Counted from the first letter of the stretch, positions 10,675 through 21,600 are shown. The stretch is 24,000 nucleotides of DNA from an uncultured Planctomycetaceae bacterium (GCA_963702015.1 OY969698.1:1137935-1161934), one strand, 5' to 3'. Numbers and translations: made by a program. Notes: generated by a model not told the origin, from the letters alone.

Positions 10675-11440
10675 TTATCGCACGTCGGGCTTTTGCGGCT
10701 GATCGGCCGGAGTCTGGCCGAAAAGAAAATGGATCAGGTCGCGGGTGCCGAGCGTCCGCGGACTGGCAAACAGCTCGCCGGCTGGAAATCCGGCGGCGGC
10801 CCCGTGATGCAGCGCCACGGCCTCGACCCGGCGGTAGATGTATTCTTTGGCCGGTGGAAACTGCGTGGCGTAGGCGCGAATGCTGGCCAGCTTGGTCTCG
10901 AGCGTGTCACCGATGTCGACCACCAGGTGCCCGGCCGCCGCCGGCAATTCGAGCGAGGAAAAGGCCAGCGTGAAATAGAGCTGGGCCGAAACGGTGTGGA
11001 CCGGCAAGCCGTCGAAGTACTCGTCCCACTTGGTCAGCCGGGCGTAGAAGACGGCCGCGTCGGTGATCTGCATCGCCTGCCAATGGTCGGGCGAGGCCAG
11101 CGGCGTTTTTTCGCCGAAGCCCAACACCAGCTTGGGCCGATATTTCCGCAGCTCTTTGCCCAGCGCCACGCGCGCCTCGAACGAATCGAACAGCCGACGA
11201 TTCGACAGCCCAAGCTGCACGCGGACATGCACGCCGAGCGTTTCGGCCGCCCGCTCGGCCTCGGCCAAACGGACGTGCGGGCCGGGCGAACCGGGCGTCG
11301 GCTCGCCATCGGTCAGATCGATGATGCCGACCCGATATCCTTGCCGGACCAGTCTGGCCAGCGTGCCGCCGCAGGCGATTTCGACGTCGTCGGGATGGGC
11401 TCCGACGGCGATCGACGTCGAGGGGTGCGAGCTGATTCAT
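10675..11440 (-). CDS. LmbE/PIG-L family deacetylase, BshB1-like, one frameshift near the start
   Basis: [10 protein letters not shown] then shifted [37 protein letters not shown], then [66 protein letters not shown]. The AHPDD and DGE motifs are characteristic. Confidence 0.9.
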
Positions 11441-11475
11441 CGTTTCAGAACTTCGGCAACGAGGCCCGGAACGTC

Positions 11476-12720
11476 TCAGGACTTTACGGCGGCGATCAGG
11501 AAACTGGGGTTGAGGGCGTCGAACCGCATGCGTTCCAGTTGGTAGGTGCCCCGGGCGATGTTGACCATCCACACCTGGACCTCGGGCGCCAAACGCTGCA
11601 GCACCTCGTGAACACCGGCCAGCGTGTCGATCGAGGCCACGTTGGCCACGATCCGGCCGCCGGGGCGCAGCCGCTCGTAAGCCAGTTCGACCACGCTGCC
11701 GATCTCGCGGCCACTGCCGCCGACGAAAATCGCGTCGGGAGCCGGCAGCGCGGCCCAGGCGTCGGGCGCCCGGCCCAGCACGGGCACCAGATTGCGCACG
11801 GCGAACCGCTCGGCGTTGGCGATGATCAGAGCATGATCGTCCGGATCCATTTCGATGGCGTAGGTCGTGCCGGCGGCCGCGATCTGCGCGGCCTCGATCG
11901 CCACCGATCCGCTGCCGGCCCCGATGTCCCAGACGATGCTGGCCGGTCCCAAGTCCAACTCGGCCAGCGCCAGCGCCCGCACCTCGGCCGGAGTCAACAA
12001 ACCCTGCTTGGGCTTCGACTGCAAAAACGCTTCGTCCGGGTTGCCGAACAGTCGCCGGCCAATCGCCTCGCTGGGCCGGTCGGGGACGTTGGGTTTGCGG
12101 ATCAGGATCATCACGTTGAGCGCCGAAAACTGCTCGCCGGCGATCTCGGCCAGTTCGCCATGCGTCACGCGCTCGTCGGGCGAACCGAGATTCTCGCAGA
12201 CATAGGCCGAAAAATAATCGATCCGCCGGTCCAGCAGGGCCTGGGCAACCGCCGCGGGGGAATGCTGCTCGCTGGTGAACAACCCGACCGTCGTGGCCGT
12301 GCGAATCCGCTCGACGACCTGTTCCAGCGGGTGGTTGGCCAGGTTCGTCAGAAACGCTTCTTCCCAGCTTTCTTTCACCCGGGCGAAGGCCAATTGCATG
12401 CTGCTGACGTGCGGCACGACGTCGAACGAGTCTTTGCCGAGCTTGTCGCAAAGATAGCGGGCCACGCCGTAAAACAGCGGATCGCCCGAGGCCAGCACCA
12501 CCGCCCGCTTGCCGCCGAGTTTCGAGAGCCTTTCGACGGCCTGGTCGAGATTGGCCGCCAGCGCGCAGCGCTGGGCTTTCGACGGCGGGACTTTGGCCAG
12601 CGTGGCTTCGGTTCCCAGCAGCAGTTCGGCCTCATCGATCAATCGCCGCGCGCCGGCCGTTACTCCGTCGAGTCCGTCGTCGCCGATGCCGATGATGTGG
12701 ATCTTGCGTGCCGCGGCCAA
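11476..12720 (-). CDS. cobL: Precorrin-6Y C5,15-methyltransferase (decarboxylating), CbiE-CbiT fusion, intact
   Basis: Single open frame of 414 aa: MAAARKIHIIGIGDDGLDGVTAGARRLIDEAELLLGTEATLAKVP...VLASGDPLFYGVARYL (CbiE) and LLTPAEVRALALAELDLGPASIVWDIGAGSGSVAIEAAQI...DAIFVGGSGREIG (CbiT). Confidence 0.95.
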   Translation of the reverse strand: MAAARKIHIIGIGDDGLDGVTAGARRLIDEAELLLGTEATLAKVPPSKAQRCALAANLDQAVERLSKLGGKRAVVLASGDPLFYGVARYLCDKLGKDSFDVVPHVSSMQLAFARVKESWEEAFLTNLANHPLEQVVERIRTATTVGLFTSEQHSPAAVAQALLDRRIDYFSAYVCENLGSPDERVTHGELAEIAGEQFSALNVMILIRKPNVPDRPSEAIGRRLFGNPDEAFLQSKPKQGLLTPAEVRALALAELDLGPASIVWDIGAGSGSVAIEAAQIAAAGTTYAIEMDPDDHALIIANAERFAVRNLVPVLGRAPDAWAALPAPDAIFVGGSGREIGSVVELAYERLRPGGRIVANVASIDTLAGVHEVLQRLAPEVQVWMVNIARGTYQLERMRFDALNPSFLIAAVKS

Positions 12721-12774
12721 GAGTGTTTGCTCCGATCGAGGGAAATGCCGGTAGACGACCCGAATTCTAAAGGA

Positions 12775-12790
12775 TCGCCCGAGCGGGCGA
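12775..12790. repeat. Inverted repeat, 6-bp stem, between MEMO-like and cobL genes
   Basis: TCGCCC-GAGC-GGGCGA. Confidence 0.6.
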
Positions 12791-12858
12791 AAGCGGGCCG
12801 ATCGGACACCGCCGCCGCCGTGCGGCTGGCTGCTGCATCGGCCGCCGTCGACGCGGCC

Positions 12859-14188
12859 TTATGGGCCGTAAAAGGCGGCACTGCCGAAACTGACGCAAGA
12901 AGTGCCGTCGGGCTCGACCGCCTGGCCATACTTCAAAAGCTCGCCGCGGCGGGGCTGCATCACCTCGAGCATCGTGTAGGTGGGGGAAAGCCCACAGATG
13001 CGATTGGCGTCTTTCTCCCGGGCGATCTCGTCGAACAGGGCCGTGGCGTCGGCCCGGCAGGCGGCGTCGAGCAGGCGCAGGTCGCTGGCGGATTGGGCAT
13101 CGAGCCGTTCGCGATTCAAGAGTTGCCGATCGCCGAATCGCTGGCCGATGTGGGCCAGGTCGCCGCCGCTGATGTAGCAGACACGGCCCCGCGTTTTCCG
13201 CCGTGCAGTGCTGGGCGGCGGTTTGCCGCATCGCCTCGCTGAATGCCGACACCGCGGCGTCGGTCCGCGGCTGGCGCCCCTCGGCGATGAACGAGTGGAA
13301 CGAACCGGTCAGGATCGGCACGATTTTGAACGGCCGGCGACCGCCGAGCAAATATTGCAAAAAGAGGACCTGGAACTCGATCGAGTGTTCGTAGCGATGG
13401 GCCAGGTCGCTGGCGAACAGGTCGACGTCGGCTCCGCCGGGCAGTTTTTTCAGGTTGGCCGACAAGCGATTGACGAACGCCAGATCGGTCTCGACCGTTC
13501 CCAGCGGCGTGTCGAAATGTTTGCGCAGGGCCGAGAAGAGATAACGCATCGGCGAATGAGCCGTGCCGAAGATGACGAACAAGTCGGCGTCGCTTTCGTC
13601 GACCAACCGCTGATAGGCCCAGGCGAACGCCGGCCCGCCGCGGCGCAGGTCGATGTGCGGGCTGAGAACGCCCAGCAACCGGCGGACTCGGCGGCGGCTG
13701 CGATCACCGGCAGCCGGCTCCGCCAGCGCCGGCGGACCGCTCCAGGCTGGCCGGCAGACCCGGGCCGGCGGGGGGAAGAAAGAGGGCGTCGAGTTGCTTG
13801 AGCAGTGGCTCGGGCTGCGCCGGCATAGGCACCGCCGGCATGGACGGCCGGCCGCACTTTGCTGTTGAGGTATTGCTCGACTTCGAGTTTCCAGCGGAGA
13901 CGAAAGCGCTCGTTCTCCAGGAAGAATCGCTCGTCGAGCTGGGAGATCAGCCGCTCGAGATCTTCCAGCTCCACCGGCTCGCCGAATTGCCGCTGGAACT
14001 GCGTCTTGAATTTCGGCCAGGGTCCGATCGCCGTTCATCAGCGACGCCAACACGGCGGCGGGATAGGGAATCACGATCGAGCTGGCAAAGCCGTCCGGAT
14101 CGCGCAGCGCGAAGTGGACTTCGCCATCGGTGCGATTGACGGGAAAGCTTTCGACGTCGCGCAGCCGAGGTCGTAAGACTTGCGTCAT
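12859..14188 (-). CDS. MEMO1/AmmeMemoRadiSam system protein B-like with additional N-terminal module, frameshifted
   Basis: N-terminus MTQVLRPRLRDVESFPVNRTDGEVHFALRDPDG...NGDRTLAEIQ, LEDLERLISQLDERFFLENERFRLRWKLEVEQYLNSKVRPAVHAGG; MEMO core FVIFGTAHSPMRYLFSALRKHFDTPLGTVETDLAFVNRL, LAHRYEHSIEFQVLFLQYLLGGRRPFKIVPILTGSFHSF, GGDLAHIGQRFGD, GLSPTYTMLEVM...GTSCVSFGSAAFYGP*. Confidence 0.88.
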
Positions 14189-14485
14189 GCTCCACCTCCG
14201 CTCCAGGGCCCGATGCAGCATGTCCCTGCGCGCGGCGGATCGACGGCAGCGGCGCCGGCACGCGAAAATCGCGGTGCCGTGCGAGCATTGTTTGGCAGCG
14301 GTGGCCGAATGTCAATATTCGCGCGCGGCGGCCCGGCAGATGCCCGGCGAGGCAGCAGGAAAAAAGCCGCCCGCGGGGCGCTCGTCGGGTAGAGGCAAGA
14401 CCCGACGAGCAGCTCCGCGCGGGCGTTATGGATCTGCGAGCGATCGACGGCTCGACGCGAGACGGTCGATCGGCGGGGCTGGCGG

Positions 14486-15916
14486 CTAGTAAGCGTTTTC
14501 GCGTTTGAAGACGGTGAAAATCGTGCGAAAGAGGATCTTGAAGTCTTTCCAGAGACTCCATTCGCGGATGTATTGATGGTCGAATTCGATCCGCTTTTCC
14601 ATTTTGTAGAGCGTGTCGGTTTCGCCCCGCCAGCCGTTGACCTGGGCCAGGCCGGTAATGCCCGGCCGGACTTTGTGCCGCAGCATGTAACCGCGAATGT
14701 GGCGGCGATATTCTTCGTTATGGGCGGTGGCGTGGGGCCGCGGGCCGACCAGGCTCATGCTGCCGCCGAGAACATTGAACAGTTGCGGCAATTCGTCGAG
14801 CGACGTGCGCCGCAAAAATCCGCCGATGGGGGTGATCCGCGCGTCGTTGCGCGTCGCCTGGCGGACGACCGGTCCGTCTTCGTCGGTGTCCATCGTGCGA
14901 AATTTCCAAACGCGAATCTCGCGGCCGTCCATGCCGTAGCGCCGTTGACGGAAAAAGACCGGGCCGGCCGAAGTCAGCTTGACCGCCGCCGCCACCAGCA
15001 GCATCGGCACCGCCAGGAAGACGAGCATCAGGCTGGCCAGCACGAAGTCGGTCACTCGCTTCAAGAGCCCGTCGACGCCGTAGAACGGATGGTCGAACAC
15101 GGCCACGACCGGCAAACCGCCAATGTCGGTCCAGCACGAATGGAGCAGCTCGAAGACGAAAAAATCGGGAACAATGTAGACCGAAGCGGTCGAATCGCTC
15201 AGTTCGGTCAACAGCCGGCGAATCCGCTGCTCCGCCCGCATGGGCAGCGTGATGTAGATCCGGTCGATCTCGCCCGAGCGGGCCAGTTCGATCAACTGTT
15301 GGATATCGCCGACTCGCTTGCCGATTTCGGGCGGCACGGCGGGCAGGCGATGCGGCGGCCGATCGTCGAAGAAGCCGACCAGCTTCAGGCCGAGGTCGGG
15401 CGTATTGGCGATATTCGTGGCCAATTGAAATCCGAGTTCGTTGACGCCCAGCACGGCAAAGCCCCGCGCGTGGATGCCGCCCGCGCGGAGCAGCCGCTGA
15501 ATCCCTCGTGCGCCGAGCCGCAACGCCGCCAGCAGCAGGATGGCGAGCAAGAACCACTCGACAAGCACCGCCGAGCTCCAAGGAGCGGGCGTGTGGCTCA
15601 CGCGATCGTACAGCCAGTGGCCGGCGAACATCGGAGGCAACGTGCAGGCCCAGGTGCCGATGGCCGAGGCCAGTTCGCGGTTCGGCGAGATGCCGCGCCA
15701 GTTGCGATAGGTGCCGCGGGCTTCGGCCAACACGAAATAGAGGATCACCGCCGCGGCGCCCGAGAGCGACGTCGGCACTTCGACCACCGTCGGCGAGATC
15801 GCCGAGACCGACGTCAATCCGCCCGCGATCGCCAGCGCGTCGGCCAGACGATGAAAGACGGTGATCAGCGAACTGTGCTGACGGATGCGTCGCGGTGTCG
15901 AAATCATCGCGGGCAA
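14486..15916 (-). CDS. Undecaprenyl-phosphate sugar phosphotransferase (WcaJ-like polyprenyl glycosylphosphotransferase), intact
   Basis: Single open frame of 476 aa with several N-terminal TM segments and catalytic C-terminal region PVFFRQRRYGMDGREIRVWKFRTM, RNDARITPIGGFLRRTSLDELPQLFNVLGGSMSLVGPRPH, VRPGITGLAQVNGWRGET. Confidence 0.95.
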   Translation of the reverse strand: MPAMISTPRRIRQHSSLITVFHRLADALAIAGGLTSVSAISPTVVEVPTSLSGAAAVILYFVLAEARGTYRNWRGISPNRELASAIGTWACTLPPMFAGHWLYDRVSHTPAPWSSAVLVEWFLLAILLLAALRLGARGIQRLLRAGGIHARGFAVLGVNELGFQLATNIANTPDLGLKLVGFFDDRPPHRLPAVPPEIGKRVGDIQQLIELARSGEIDRIYITLPMRAEQRIRRLLTELSDSTASVYIVPDFFVFELLHSCWTDIGGLPVVAVFDHPFYGVDGLLKRVTDFVLASLMLVFLAVPMLLVAAAVKLTSAGPVFFRQRRYGMDGREIRVWKFRTMDTDEDGPVVRQATRNDARITPIGGFLRRTSLDELPQLFNVLGGSMSLVGPRPHATAHNEEYRRHIRGYMLRHKVRPGITGLAQVNGWRGETDTLYKMEKRIEFDHQYIREWSLWKDFKILFRTIFTVFKRENAY

Positions 15917-16190
15917 CCTCTCTTGTGGAGTTCTTCCGATGCCGGACTGCTCGGCAAGCCCTCTGGCTCGCCGGAGTTGTGCTCGAAAGCAGCACTGGCC
16001 GTGGGTGCCGCGATGTCGCCGCTCGCGACTCGCGTCTGGCGCACTTTCAAACAGACTTCACAGAAACCATAGGTTACGGCAGGCTCGTTGCCGCAGCCAA
16101 GGAGAGAACCGATTGGAGCAACGGGACGGGACAGGCGGATGGCCCGCGAAGGAATGGGGCCTGCGTTTGCCGCCGCATCCGGCGGGCTGT

Positions 16191-17683
16191 TCAGGACCCC
16201 AAAGCCTCGAGGAACTCGCCGTATTGGCGGTCGAGCTGGGGATAGTCCGGCACCGGTCAGCCGGCTGAGCGTGTCAGAATCGGCACGGTCGGTATAAACG
16301 GCCTCGAGATAGGCGGCGGTCGCCTCGGGATAGCGATCCAAGAGAAAGGCGGCCAACCCTGCCGATTGGGTGTAGAGCCGGACGATGTCGGGATGGCCCT
16401 GCAAATCGTGCATGCCCAAGCGGACCAGCTTGGCCAACGGCAGGTAGACACCATCGCGAAGCCGCCGCTGCCGTGCGACGGGCATGCGACCGGCATCGGC
16501 GCCGCCGAGCGTGTAATAGCCTTGGTGCCGAACGAGCGACTGCATGTAGCAGGCCACGGCCTCGACGATCCAATAGTTCTCCCGCCGGCCGACGTCTTTG
16601 GCGACTTGCCGGCTTTCGTGGAACAACTGATGGGTCGCTTCGTGGTCGATGGTGCCGGGTTCCTGATCGGCGCCGGCGAAGAAATAGGCCGTGTGGCTGC
16701 TGGCAAGATAGATTCCCAGCGTCATCTCGATCTGCGGCTGCGCGGCACGAAGTTCATCGTTGTACTGCTCGCGCGTGCGGTAATAGACGACGTTGTGCTT
16801 CGGGCCGGCGTGGCTCGACAGCGGATCGCCCGCGGCCAGTCGCTCGGACAGTTCCGCCTCGTCGATGAGATAGCCGGTGAAGACTTGCTGCCAGATGGCT
16901 CGCAACCGTTCCAATTGCCCGGCCAACGCCACCCCCTCTTCCAACCCACGATTGGTCGTCACGACGTAATGGTCGGTTTCGATGCGCCAGTCGTCGCGCA
17001 TCTCGCCGCGGAGCCGGGCTTCGTCGGCCGAGCGACATCCAGCGGCCCTGGAAAAATCGCTCGCCGTTTTCATAACGAGCCACGTAGCCCTTGGGCAGCC
17101 AGCCGAAACGCTCGTGCCACGACTTGCCGGCCTTGAGCTGCTCGATTTCGAACGGCGTTTGCCAAGAGCCGTGATCGATTGGGCGAAGCCCAAGAACCGC
17201 CACGCCCGTCGGCAAGCGGAATCTTCGCGGGCGGCCTCGGACACCAACTGGCAAGCCAACGACGCTTGGTGCTGCTCGGCGGCTTGCTCGGCCAGGCGGT
17301 AGAGCGCAGCGGCCTGCTCGCGCCGCAGCCGCGCAAATCGCTCGGCGAACTCCGCTGCCTGCCGATCCGTCGGGATCTGCGGCTTCCGGCGGCGATTCCT
17401 GGACGGCCGCCAGCGAACGAAATTCGGCGGGAACGAAAAGATATTGCCGGTCCGATTGCCGCACTGGCAGCCAGGAGCGCACGAGCGCGGCCCGCTCGGT
17501 CAGATGCTGCTCGTCACACCAGGCGGCCAGACCTTCCAACCGCGTGGCGTAGGCGCGATACAAATCGGTCCGCGCGGCGGCCAGGTCGGCCAAATTCTCG
17601 TCGGCCAATGCCCAACGAGCCCCGACGACGCCGGCGGCCAGCGCAGAGGTGGAACCGATCAAGAATTGCCGCCGTGAGAGCAT
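16191..17683 (-). CDS. Secreted DUF1570-like protein with HExxH motif (putative zinc peptidase-like), frameshifted
   Basis: MLSRRQFLIGSTSALAAGVVGARWALADE (Tat/Sec-like signal); DDWRIETDHYVVTTNRGLEEGVALAGQLERLRAIWQQVFTGYL; HNVVYYRTREQYNDEL; QEPGTIDHEATHQLFHESR (HEATH); ENYWIVEAVACYMQSLV; C-terminus DYPQLDRQYGEFLEALGS* by one-base shift, stop 16191. Confidence 0.78.
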
Positions 17684-17918
17684 ATGCTTTAGTCTATCAT
17701 CGGTCGCCCGCGGTAGCGGATGAGGCAGCGACTACCTTGCGGCGGTCGAACTGCAACCTAAACTCTAATAAATTCAGTTTTGACGGTTAAGCCCGGCCTG
17801 TCGCGGCAGTTTTTGCCTGCAATTGCGCGGCCCGCGGGGAGCGAATCCCGGCGGGGGATGAGCCGGCGCGAATCGATCTAAAAAACACCCGCGCCAACTC
17901 CGCGAGGCACCGTCCCTG

Positions 17919-19169
17919 ATGGCGTTAACTACCGAATTGTCGAACGACCGGCCGGAGAGCACTCCACCGGATGCGAAAATCGATCTGCTGCTGGCACTGG
18001 CCCGCGCGTTGCACAAGGTCGGTCTGCCCGCCCACCGGCTGGAAGCGACGCTAACTGCGGCTGGCCGGTCGGCTCGGCGTGCCGCTGCAAATCATGACGA
18101 TGCCGACCGGGCTGTTGATGTCGTTCGACGGCGCGGGGACGCCGTTGACCTATGTGCTGCGTGCCCAGGCGGGCCGAGTCGATTTGCAAAGCTGGACGCA
18201 AGTTGACCGCTTTGGCCCAGGAGCTCGATCGGGGGACCGTGGAGGTCGGTGAGGCCCGGCGACGGATCGACGAAATCGCGCAAAAGTGCAGTTCCTTGGG
18301 GCCGGCTTGCGACGGTGGCCGCCTATGTGCTGAGCAGCGGTGCATTCGCGATCTTCTTCGGCGCCGGGACCACCGAACTGTGGGCGGCGCTGGCCGTCGG
18401 CCTGGCGGTCGGCTGCGTGGCGGTGGCGTTGCGGCGAGTGCGGGCGTCGTCGCGACTGTTCGAACTGGTCGCCGCCCTGGCTGCCGGCCTGATTGTCGGC
18501 TCGATCGATATTCCACTCGGTTCGTTTGCCGAATGGGTGCCCCTGGCCGCCGGTCTGATCATTCTTTTGCCGGGCATCATGCTGGTCGATGCCACCGAAG
18601 AACTGGCCCAAGGACATTTGGTCGCCGGCAGCTCGCGGATGGCTGGCGTGGGCGTGGTCTTTTTGGCGATGACGATCGGCGTGCTGTTGGGGCTGAAGGT
18701 GACTGAGTTCATGCCGAGTCCGCCGCTGCTCAAGGAACCGTTGCCCTTGCCCGAGTGGACCTGGGTGCCGGCGCTGGTGATGGTGGCCTTGGGGTCGACG
18801 ATTCGCTTTGGCGCCCGGCTGGGCGACTATGGGTGGATCCTGCTCGGCTCGGCGGTGGCGCTGGCTGGCACTCGACTGGGAACGACGATGCTGGGGCCGG
18901 TGTGCGGCGAGTTTTTTGGGGCCTTTGTCCTGGGGCTGGCGGCACACCTGGCGGCCCGATGGCGCGGCGTGACGCCGGAATTGGTGATCATCCCCGGTCT
19001 GGCGCTGCTGGTTCCCGGCTCGCTGGGCGTGCGGACGTTTTCGTCGCTGCTGGGGCAGGATCCCGACGTGGCCGTGCAAACCGGCTTCCAGATGTTTCTG
19101 GTCGCCATGGCCCTGGTGGCCGGCCTGCTGTTCAGCGACTCGTTGGCGGGCGAGAAATCGGCAGCGTAA
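17919..19169 (+). CDS. Threonine/serine exporter ThrE-like (DUF1212 + DUF3815-type) protein, frameshifted
   Basis: LALARALHKVGLPAHRLEATLTAA; LGVPLQIMTMPTGLLMSFDG; LATVAAYVLSSGAFAIFFGAGTTELWAALAVGLAVGCV...ELVAALAAGLIVG; LIILLPGIMLVDATEELAQGHLVAGSSRMAGVGVVFLAMTIGVLLGLKV; C-terminal ARWRGVTPELVIIPGLALLVPGSLGVRTFSSLLGQD. Confidence 0.88.
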
Positions 19170-19207
19170 CGGCGAGGGCGGCGGCAAACTTGCCCGCTGC
19201 ACCCTGC

Positions 19208-20211
19208 TTAGCCGGTGCCGTGTGTCCGCACGGCCAAGAGCGTGACCGGTTCGCCGCGTAGCCGAGGCTGCCAGGTGAGCGACGCCGACGAGGCCGGAAC
19301 CAGCACGGTTTCGCCCTGGCGAAACGTCGCGTGCATAGCCGCTCGCTGCCGGTCAGGCGCGCCTCGCCGGCCAGCACCATCCAGATCGACATCTCGTGGG
19401 CATAGGGCAGCGGCAGCGGCACGCTGGGTCTGAAATCGCGTGAGCGCGAAATAAGGACATTCGACAAGCGACTCGCCGCTGACGCCGGCCGGCAAACCGG
19501 CCAGCGGAGTTCGGCCGCACCGGGCTCGGTCGGCCCAGCGTTCCAATTGATCGCCTGCAAGCGACTCGTCGATGTGCAGTTGCGCGAGGCTGGCCGTCGG
19601 GCCCGAGGCGGTTCCAATCGAACAGCCGGAAGGTGGCGTCGCTCGACTGCTGAACCTCGGCCATCAGCACCCCGCCGCCGACGCCGTGAACGGTGCCGGC
19701 CGGCAGAAACAAGCAATCGCCCGGCTGGGGAACGAGCGAGTGAAGGCACTCGGCGACCGTGCCGTGCTCCAGATGCCGCCGCAGGTCGGCGGCGGTGGTG
19801 CCGGGGCGAAGGCCGGCATAAATCCGCGCATCGGGTTCGGCCGACAGGATGACCCAGGCTTCGGTCTTGCCTTGTTCGCCCGGCCGCAAGCTGGCGGCCA
19901 GTGCATCGTCGGGATGAACCTGCACGGAAAGCTGCAAGTGGCAATCGAGGTATTTGATCAGCAGCGGAAACTGCGCCGGCAGCTTGCCGCGCGGGCCGAC
20001 AAGCTCGCGACCGTGGCGTCGCCAAAGTTCGTCGAGCGGGCTGCCGGCCAAGCGGGCCTTCGGCCACACGGCTGACATGATGCGGATGGGCGCTGATTTC
20101 CCAGGCTTCGCCAAACGTGCCCGGCGGCAGCGGCTTGCCCAAATGGCGCTCGAGCCGGCGCTCGCCCCAGATTTGCGGCCGTGCGTAGGGAGTGAAAACC
20201 AACGGATCCAT
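19208..20211 (-). CDS. manA: Type I mannose-6-phosphate isomerase (cupin-type), frameshifted
   Basis: MDPLVFTPYARPQIWGERRLERHLGKPLPPGTFGEAWEISAHPHHVS; FPLLIKYLDCHLQLSVQVHPDDALA; GKTEAWVILSAEPDARIYAGLRPG; LHSLVPQPGDCLFLPAGTVHGVGGGVLMAEVQQSSDATFRLFDWNRLGPDGQPR (QVHPDD, KTE, PAGTVHG, EVQQSSD motifs). Confidence 0.93.
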
Positions 20212-20294
20212 GCTCACGCTTTTCCCGCACGCGCCGACTGGCCCAGGATGGCTCACACGCAGAGCCCGAATCGATCGGGCTCGCCGCGCTGCAG

Positions 20295-21515
20295 CTAGGG
20301 TTTTTGTTGGATCGAGGACGCGGGCACCCTTCTTGTTGGCCGTGACAATGTCCAACAGCCCGTCGCCGTTGACGTCGGCCACTGGAACTGGGTGCCAATG
20401 CCCGAGTCGTCGTCGACGCGGTGGGCGTTGAACTCGGCCGTGCCGTCCTTACGGCTCAGCTCGAACCAGACGATCACGGCCGGATTGTCGGGTTCGATGT
20501 CGCCGGTGGGCCCATGGGCCCACCAACGCTTGCCGGTGACCAGATCGGGCAGCTTGTCGCCATTGATATCGGCCAGGCACAAGGCATGGCGTCTGCGAGA
20601 CATCCAGACGTGTTGTCGATTTCGTGCGTCTGCCAGCCGTCTTTTTTCTGCTCGTGCCACCAGAGGCCGTTCTGGTGGGCCGCCGAGGTCGCCACGTCGG
20701 CATCGCCGTCGCCATCGAAATCGGCAACGCACATCTGGGCACAGGCCGGTCCGAACGAGACTTTGTGGAACGTCCAGGGCGTGGTCGATCCGCTGACGGG
20801 CTGTTCCCACCAGCCTTCGGTCACCAGGATGTCGGGCCGGCCGTCGCCGTTGATGTCGCCGGCGCCGATGCCATGCGAGAATCGGTCAGTGACCGGGTGC
20901 GTTCGGCTCGGAAACGGGTTTCAGATCCCACAGCGCGGTCGGATCGGCCGTGCCGCTTGGCATAGCCGATGTAGCCGCCCGGATCGTAAGCCCAACAGCA
21001 ATTCGCCTTGCGCCGTCGCCATCGATGTCGTACCAGCCCGGGCTTTCGTTATTGGTGATGGGAGCGATGACGTGCGGCTTCCAGACGTCGCCCTTCTTTT
21101 TCGGGTTGCTCGAACCAATGGGTCGCTTCGCCCGGGAAATCCGACCACGATCAGATCGGTGCGGCCGTCGCCGATTGATGTCTTCGGCGAAGTTGCAGAA
21201 CGACTTGCTATAGCCGTGCGGGTCGGTCTCCGCGGGCTTTTCCAACACCGAGACCATGTGCCAGTCGGGAGCGGCGTAGTAAACGCTGCCGGCCGAAACG
21301 TCGAGCTTGCCGTCGTGATTGAAGTCGCCGACGGCACAGCCCTCGCTGCGAAACTTATCGTCGAGCACGGTTTTCTTGAACGTGATCTCGGCACGTGCCG
21401 CCGCGGCCGAGCCGATCGCCACCGCAAGCGCCAGCAGCATGAAGCGAAAGACGACCGCCGGCCGGCGGCGTGAAGCGAGCAACGACGTCGAGCGCAGTGT
21501 CATCGGAAGCCTCAT
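20295..21515 (-). CDS. Secreted FG-GAP/VCBS-repeat protein, frameshifted; 3' end approximate
   Basis: Signal-like N-terminus FMLLALAVAIGSAAAARAEITFKKTVLDDKFRSEGCAVGDFNHDGKLDVSAGSVYYAAPDW; internal CVADFDGDGDADVATSAAHQNGLWWHEQKKDGWQTHEID; ADINGDKLPDLVTGKRWWAHGPTGDIEPDNPAVIVWFELS; ADVNGDGLLDIVTANKKG. Repeated D-x-[ND]-G-D beta-propeller motifs. Confidence 0.87.
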
Positions 21516-21600
21516 GGAACAGGCGAACGATGTGGGGATGAAAGCGGAAAGATCGGAAACGGCTTGCCGGAGCGCATCTCCGGCGAGCTGGCCGACCGCG

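Noticed and set aside
10693-13242. 849-aa open frame on the plus strand opposite the deacetylase, cobL and MEMO-like genes
   Set aside because: It is antisense to three genes with clear family motifs and spans their boundaries. Its composition (runs rich in G, R, H, V, Q, D) is typical of shadow ORFs in high-GC DNA, and no motif was recognised.
14573-16072. 499-aa plus-strand ORF
   Set aside because: Antisense shadow of the intact WcaJ-like sugar transferase.
19132-20382. Apparent fusion of an FG-GAP repeat (MADVNGDGLLDIVTANKKG) to phosphomannose isomerase
   Set aside because: manA has its own ATG at 20211 with the conserved N-terminus MDPLVFTPYARPQIWG. The repeat belongs to the C-terminus of the upstream VCBS gene, and the joined frame is probably chance or an indel effect.
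20421-21473. 350-aa plus-strand ORF
   Set aside because: Antisense to the FG-GAP/VCBS repeat gene. Repeated D-x-D-G-D motifs on the opposite strand support that strand as coding.
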